Origin: Eledone cirrhosa
Taxonomy: Eukaryota
Assembly: GCA_964016885.1 (NCBI GenBank)
Contig: OZ024742.1
Location: 47,058,001-47,122,000 of the forward strand
Length of the DNA stretch: 64,000 bases
Direction: 5' to 3'
Shown here: positions 60,031-64,000 of the stretch, piece by piece
How the letters are laid out: each line of letters opens with the position of its first letter
Numbering within the stretch: the first letter of the stretch is position 1
The notes under the pieces: generated by a model
Databases searched by the model: none
The model's input: the letters and a program-made list of their open reading frames with translations, nothing else
What the model was told of the DNA's origin: nothing
Position numbers and translations under genes: made by a program

Positions 60031-61859
60031 TGTACATAAGTATTCTTAATACAATTCAAATTATTAAAAGAAACGGCCTTTCTTATGTAAATGTAAAATA
60101 CACCATCACATTACGAATATGTAATGAAAGGTTAAAAGAAACATATTAAAGGCAAACTGCACATTATATGAAGTCTGCTCTTTCTGTGACGTTTCAATTA
60201 TAAATTTACGATGCAATATGGAAAAAAGTCGAAATGGATATATTTATAGTCATTGAAATATCAGTATATAAATATAGACTATGGTAGCGATGGTTAGTAA
60301 ATGACTCATGTAACAGTTAAATGAGATTTATCAATGACTCTCTCAGTAAGTATTTGTTCTATGTGGATAATCTCACCCCACTTGGCTCCATGAGATATAT
60401 TTCTATTACGTGACTAATAACATATCATCAGTATAGTATGGAATAATATAGCATTGTATAGCGGCTATATCTTAAGATTACGAACTATATGTATGAAAAT
60501 AAAATGATGTATATGATAATATGAATTTATATAAATTTATGGAATGGAAATGTATATAAACCGAGAACTGAAACTTGCAGTTGTAATGTCATTGATACAA
60601 GTAAAACATTTATATATGGTTATTAAGCAAGCAACAGTTTAAAAAGAAAATGATAAAACACGTGATGGAAAACATGAACTTTCTTCCAGTAGGGGTCAAT
60701 TAAATTTATAGTTTATTTTTCTTAAGTCCTAACTAACAAGATAGATACAGCATTAAAAAAAAACCTTTGTGGGTGCGTTAATTCTTTGTGTCCTACCCTC
60801 TTGTATCTATCCATTTGTCTACCTCTCACTCTCCCTCTTTCTAAGTTTCTTTGAATCTGTTCTTTGAGGCGTGAAGAAAATCGTGGAACATTTCTGATGC
60901 CTCATTTTGTTATCTAGAAATGCGGAAGGGTTGTGTAAATGGATAGAAAATTCTTCTATAAACAAGCAAACGTGGGAATGTCATGATATTTATTTGATGC
61001 ACTATAAATGATTGCGAAATTCTCTCGTTATTTTACAAATTGAAGGACGATTTGAACAGCTTATTTTCAGCTATGTAAAATACAGCAAAGAAAACCTTCT
61101 TTTCAGCCCTATCACATAATGGATGGTCTGGGTTATAAACGATAATAACAGTCAATTGAATAACATATACTGAAAGGTATTTTATTAAGTGGTTTTCTTC
61201 TCGTTTTCAATATAGCTATCTTACGATATAATGGAATGTCATTTTATTGCATTCTCGATATAATATTAGCATCATTTCAAGATATGACGTAAATAGTCCC
61301 TCTCTAAATCTAGAAGAAGATCCTTATTGTTATCACATATTTATTATATTATCCATGTTCACATAATATTCTCCTAAGCCACAAGTTGTTTCTAGTATTC
61401 ATGGCTTCAGAATATATTCGTATACAAACTTTATGGACTCATCCTGCTTATTTCGAGTATTAACACAAGTATGCTGAATAGCAATTCATATTTCCGTCAC
61501 GGTTATACGTATTAACTGTACTGCAATTTCTAAAAGTCATTTCAGTTCGAAATCGTCTTCTAAAGAGCTAACACTGAACGATTTAAAAGTAATTCCTATA
61601 TCTTATTTACTATATTATTAATATTACCGTTTCGTTCTCTGATGCACAACATACCGCCATTAGAAGGTTTTAACTGCGTATCAATATATCTATGATAATA
61701 ATTTGGTATCCAATCAAGCAACACTCCTGAATTTTTGGTGACATCAAGAGCTATATGAAGACTCGCTCGATATTTGTCTGCGATTCAAAGAAAAGTATAG
61801 AGAGGGAGAGAGCGCAAGCGAGACAGAGGGATGTATATATAATATACAAATTAACAAAG

Positions 61860-62035
61860 AAGGTGTGGCAAGATACCATGTGGACCATAACGCACCATAG
61901 TACTCGATACTTAGGGTTGTAGAATGGGTAATAGGAAAAGAGTCAGGACCACGGCTGCTGAGCTCCTAACTGACTTCGGATCTAGCTGGCGAGACGGCCG
62001 GAGCTCAGCCGTCGGGGTCCCGACTCTTTTCCTAC
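61860..62035 (+). mobile_element. Longest copy of the GC-rich hairpin/HHR-remnant family, ending at (TA)n
   Basis: taggaaaagagtc...ctgagctcc / ggagctcag...gactcttttccta hairpin at 61932-62034. Confidence 0.8.
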
Positions 62036-62320
62036 TTCTTATATATATATATATATATATATATATTGAGAGAGAGAGAGAGAGAGAGGCATAAAGAGAG
62101 AGAGAGAGAGGGATAAAGAGAAAGAGAGATGTGGACGATAGTCAAATAGAGGGAAGGACGAATCAGACTCTCAAACATTACAGACACATATGACTTCAGT
62201 GATATTTGGATTTAGAGAGAGCCGGAACAAATATTGCAGCATTTTAGCTGCCGTTATAATGCATCCGGTATAATGAATTGCAAGTCATAATGAAGACTCT
62301 GGCCATACTATTGTCTAGAA

Positions 62321-62497
62321 CAGGTATGTCAAACTGAGGGTCCCCCGAGGGCCACATGGGTGACATATGTGTTGTCTGAGGGCCACACATGACAACTAAT
62401 TGCACACAGCTAATATTTTTAATTTCACATTGCGCTCGCACTGTGAAAACCTTTACGGGCCTCATGCGGCCCGCGGGTCGCATGTTTGACATGCCTG
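62321..62497. mobile_element. hAT-Charlie-type MITE
   Basis: TIRs caggtatgtcaaac / gtttgacatgcctg; 8-bp TSD gtctagaa / ctctagaa (NTCTAGAN); subterminal gcggccc motifs. Confidence 0.9.
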
Positions 62498-62571
62498 CTC
62501 TAGAATATTCTACATACATTATTCTAAACATTTCCGTTCCGTTTTATTTCATGCTGAAATAATTGATTATA

Positions 62572-62658
62572 CTTTTGGCACAAGGCCAGTAAATACACCA
62601 TTGTATTACTGGTACTTTATTTTGTCGACCCCTTAAGGATGAAAGGCAAAGTTCACCA
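62572..62658 (-). mobile_element. SINE 3' fragment
   Basis: cttttggcacaaggccag...gtcgaccccttaaggatgaaaggcaaagttcacc. Confidence 0.85.
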
Positions 62659-64000
62659 TGCTGAAATAATGCCCGAAAATCTTATAAGGGGAAACATTAT
62701 TCACGTCATCATGTAAGCATTATTTTGAAGGGTATCAATTAATTTAATGTTAATCATTTGAAACATGGAGAGACAGATACCTAAGTTCTATATTCTTGTA
62801 AAATAATTGTGGCAAATGTATAAATGTATGCCCACCTTTATTAACTGCCCAATAGTTGAAGATGTCTGCTGATATAACTTTAAATTAAAAACGATTAATA
62901 CTGTTCCATTCATAAACATATGAACTAGGTAAGGAACTTTACCATATGTCAGTTAGTCCATGAACCAGAACATTTCTATATATATAAAGTAATAAAAATG
63001 TTCCACTAAGTAATTTGAAATGAATTTATAGCTGCTGAAACTCAGATATTTCTTTTAAAATCAGTGCATTAATATAGATTTTTATATAACAAAGTTTCAG
63101 TCTTTTATTAACTCAAAATTACATCGTTTTAGTATTATGCTTAAGCTCATGATTTCGTATAGAACAATATTTAAATTGCATCAAATGAATCTTTCATATT
63201 GGATATGTTGGTTATTAAGAATTAAATCCAGAAAATAGTTTTATGTTTTCTTTTTATTTCTTTGATTCTAGTATGCATTTATTTTCATTTTCATGCGCTT
63301 TGATTTCTTTTTGTTAGTTTCTTCTTGTATTTATTGCATACATTTCGTTTTATAACGCATTCTGTATAATTGTAAATTTTCTTAATATGTACGACAAGCA
63401 AGGACAAAAAGAGAAAGTAAATAAAAATGATTTACGTCAATTACTAAGATACACCAGGAAGAGTAATTTAAAGTAGAGAATTAATGAAAAAGCTTTCCAT
63501 ATTTTGTCATATTTTCTGTTGGTACGTTGCAATTAAAAGGCCCTTTTCCCCCGTAGCTTTTCTTGGTCGAGGCGAAATTCACAGCACATAAACGATAGGA
63601 ATCAGCAAATAAGAATAATGTATTTCCAATAGGGCAACAGCGGGTAATAGAAATTATTTCAGAAGTTTGAGAGTGAAAAAAACCCGAGATATTTATGATG
63701 AATAAGTGTTTGTGTTATTTGGTCTGTTGTGAGTGAGTATCTGATTGTCAGTATATCAAAGCTTCCTACATAAAATAAAATGAAAAATAGATGCTTTTAA
63801 TTACATTGACATATTTTTATGCTCCGTATTAATCAACGATTAGCACATTTTGAAAAAAGCTTTCATACAAGCGGTACTATTCCTAACTGATCTGAATTTA
63901 CTTGTCGTAAGGATGAGGTTTAATTAATAGAGTGATTATATTATACAGTAATTCCTCACTCAAGCAGTGAATGACCTGTTACATATATTCGAAGGTTTCA

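Overview
AT-rich eukaryotic genomic DNA with no host protein-coding exon that I can support. It is a dense mosaic of transposable elements and (TA)n/(CA)n/(TATC)n/(ATGT)n microsatellites. The SINE type and repeat landscape suggest a coleoid cephalopod (octopus-like); this is an inference, not a database result. Recognisable elements: a decayed RTE LINE, an L1/Tx1-type LINE, a CRE-type RLE retroelement, four Penelope-like elements (PLEs; three Naiad-type RT+GIY-YIG, one Neptune-like), an internally deleted mariner, a hAT-Charlie MITE, a non-autonomous Helitron and about 15 tRNA-derived SINE copies. The most notable signal is a recurrent set of minimal type I hammerhead ribozyme (HHR) motifs, some canonical and several with core variants or very long stem II. 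They sit at PLE 3' ends and in short non-coding elements next to (TA)n tracts, many of which are folded back into inverted repeats, nested palindromes or tandem-plus-inverted arrays. Most long ORFs in the supplied track are microsatellite artefacts. All calls were made by eye, and coordinates of decayed elements are approximate.
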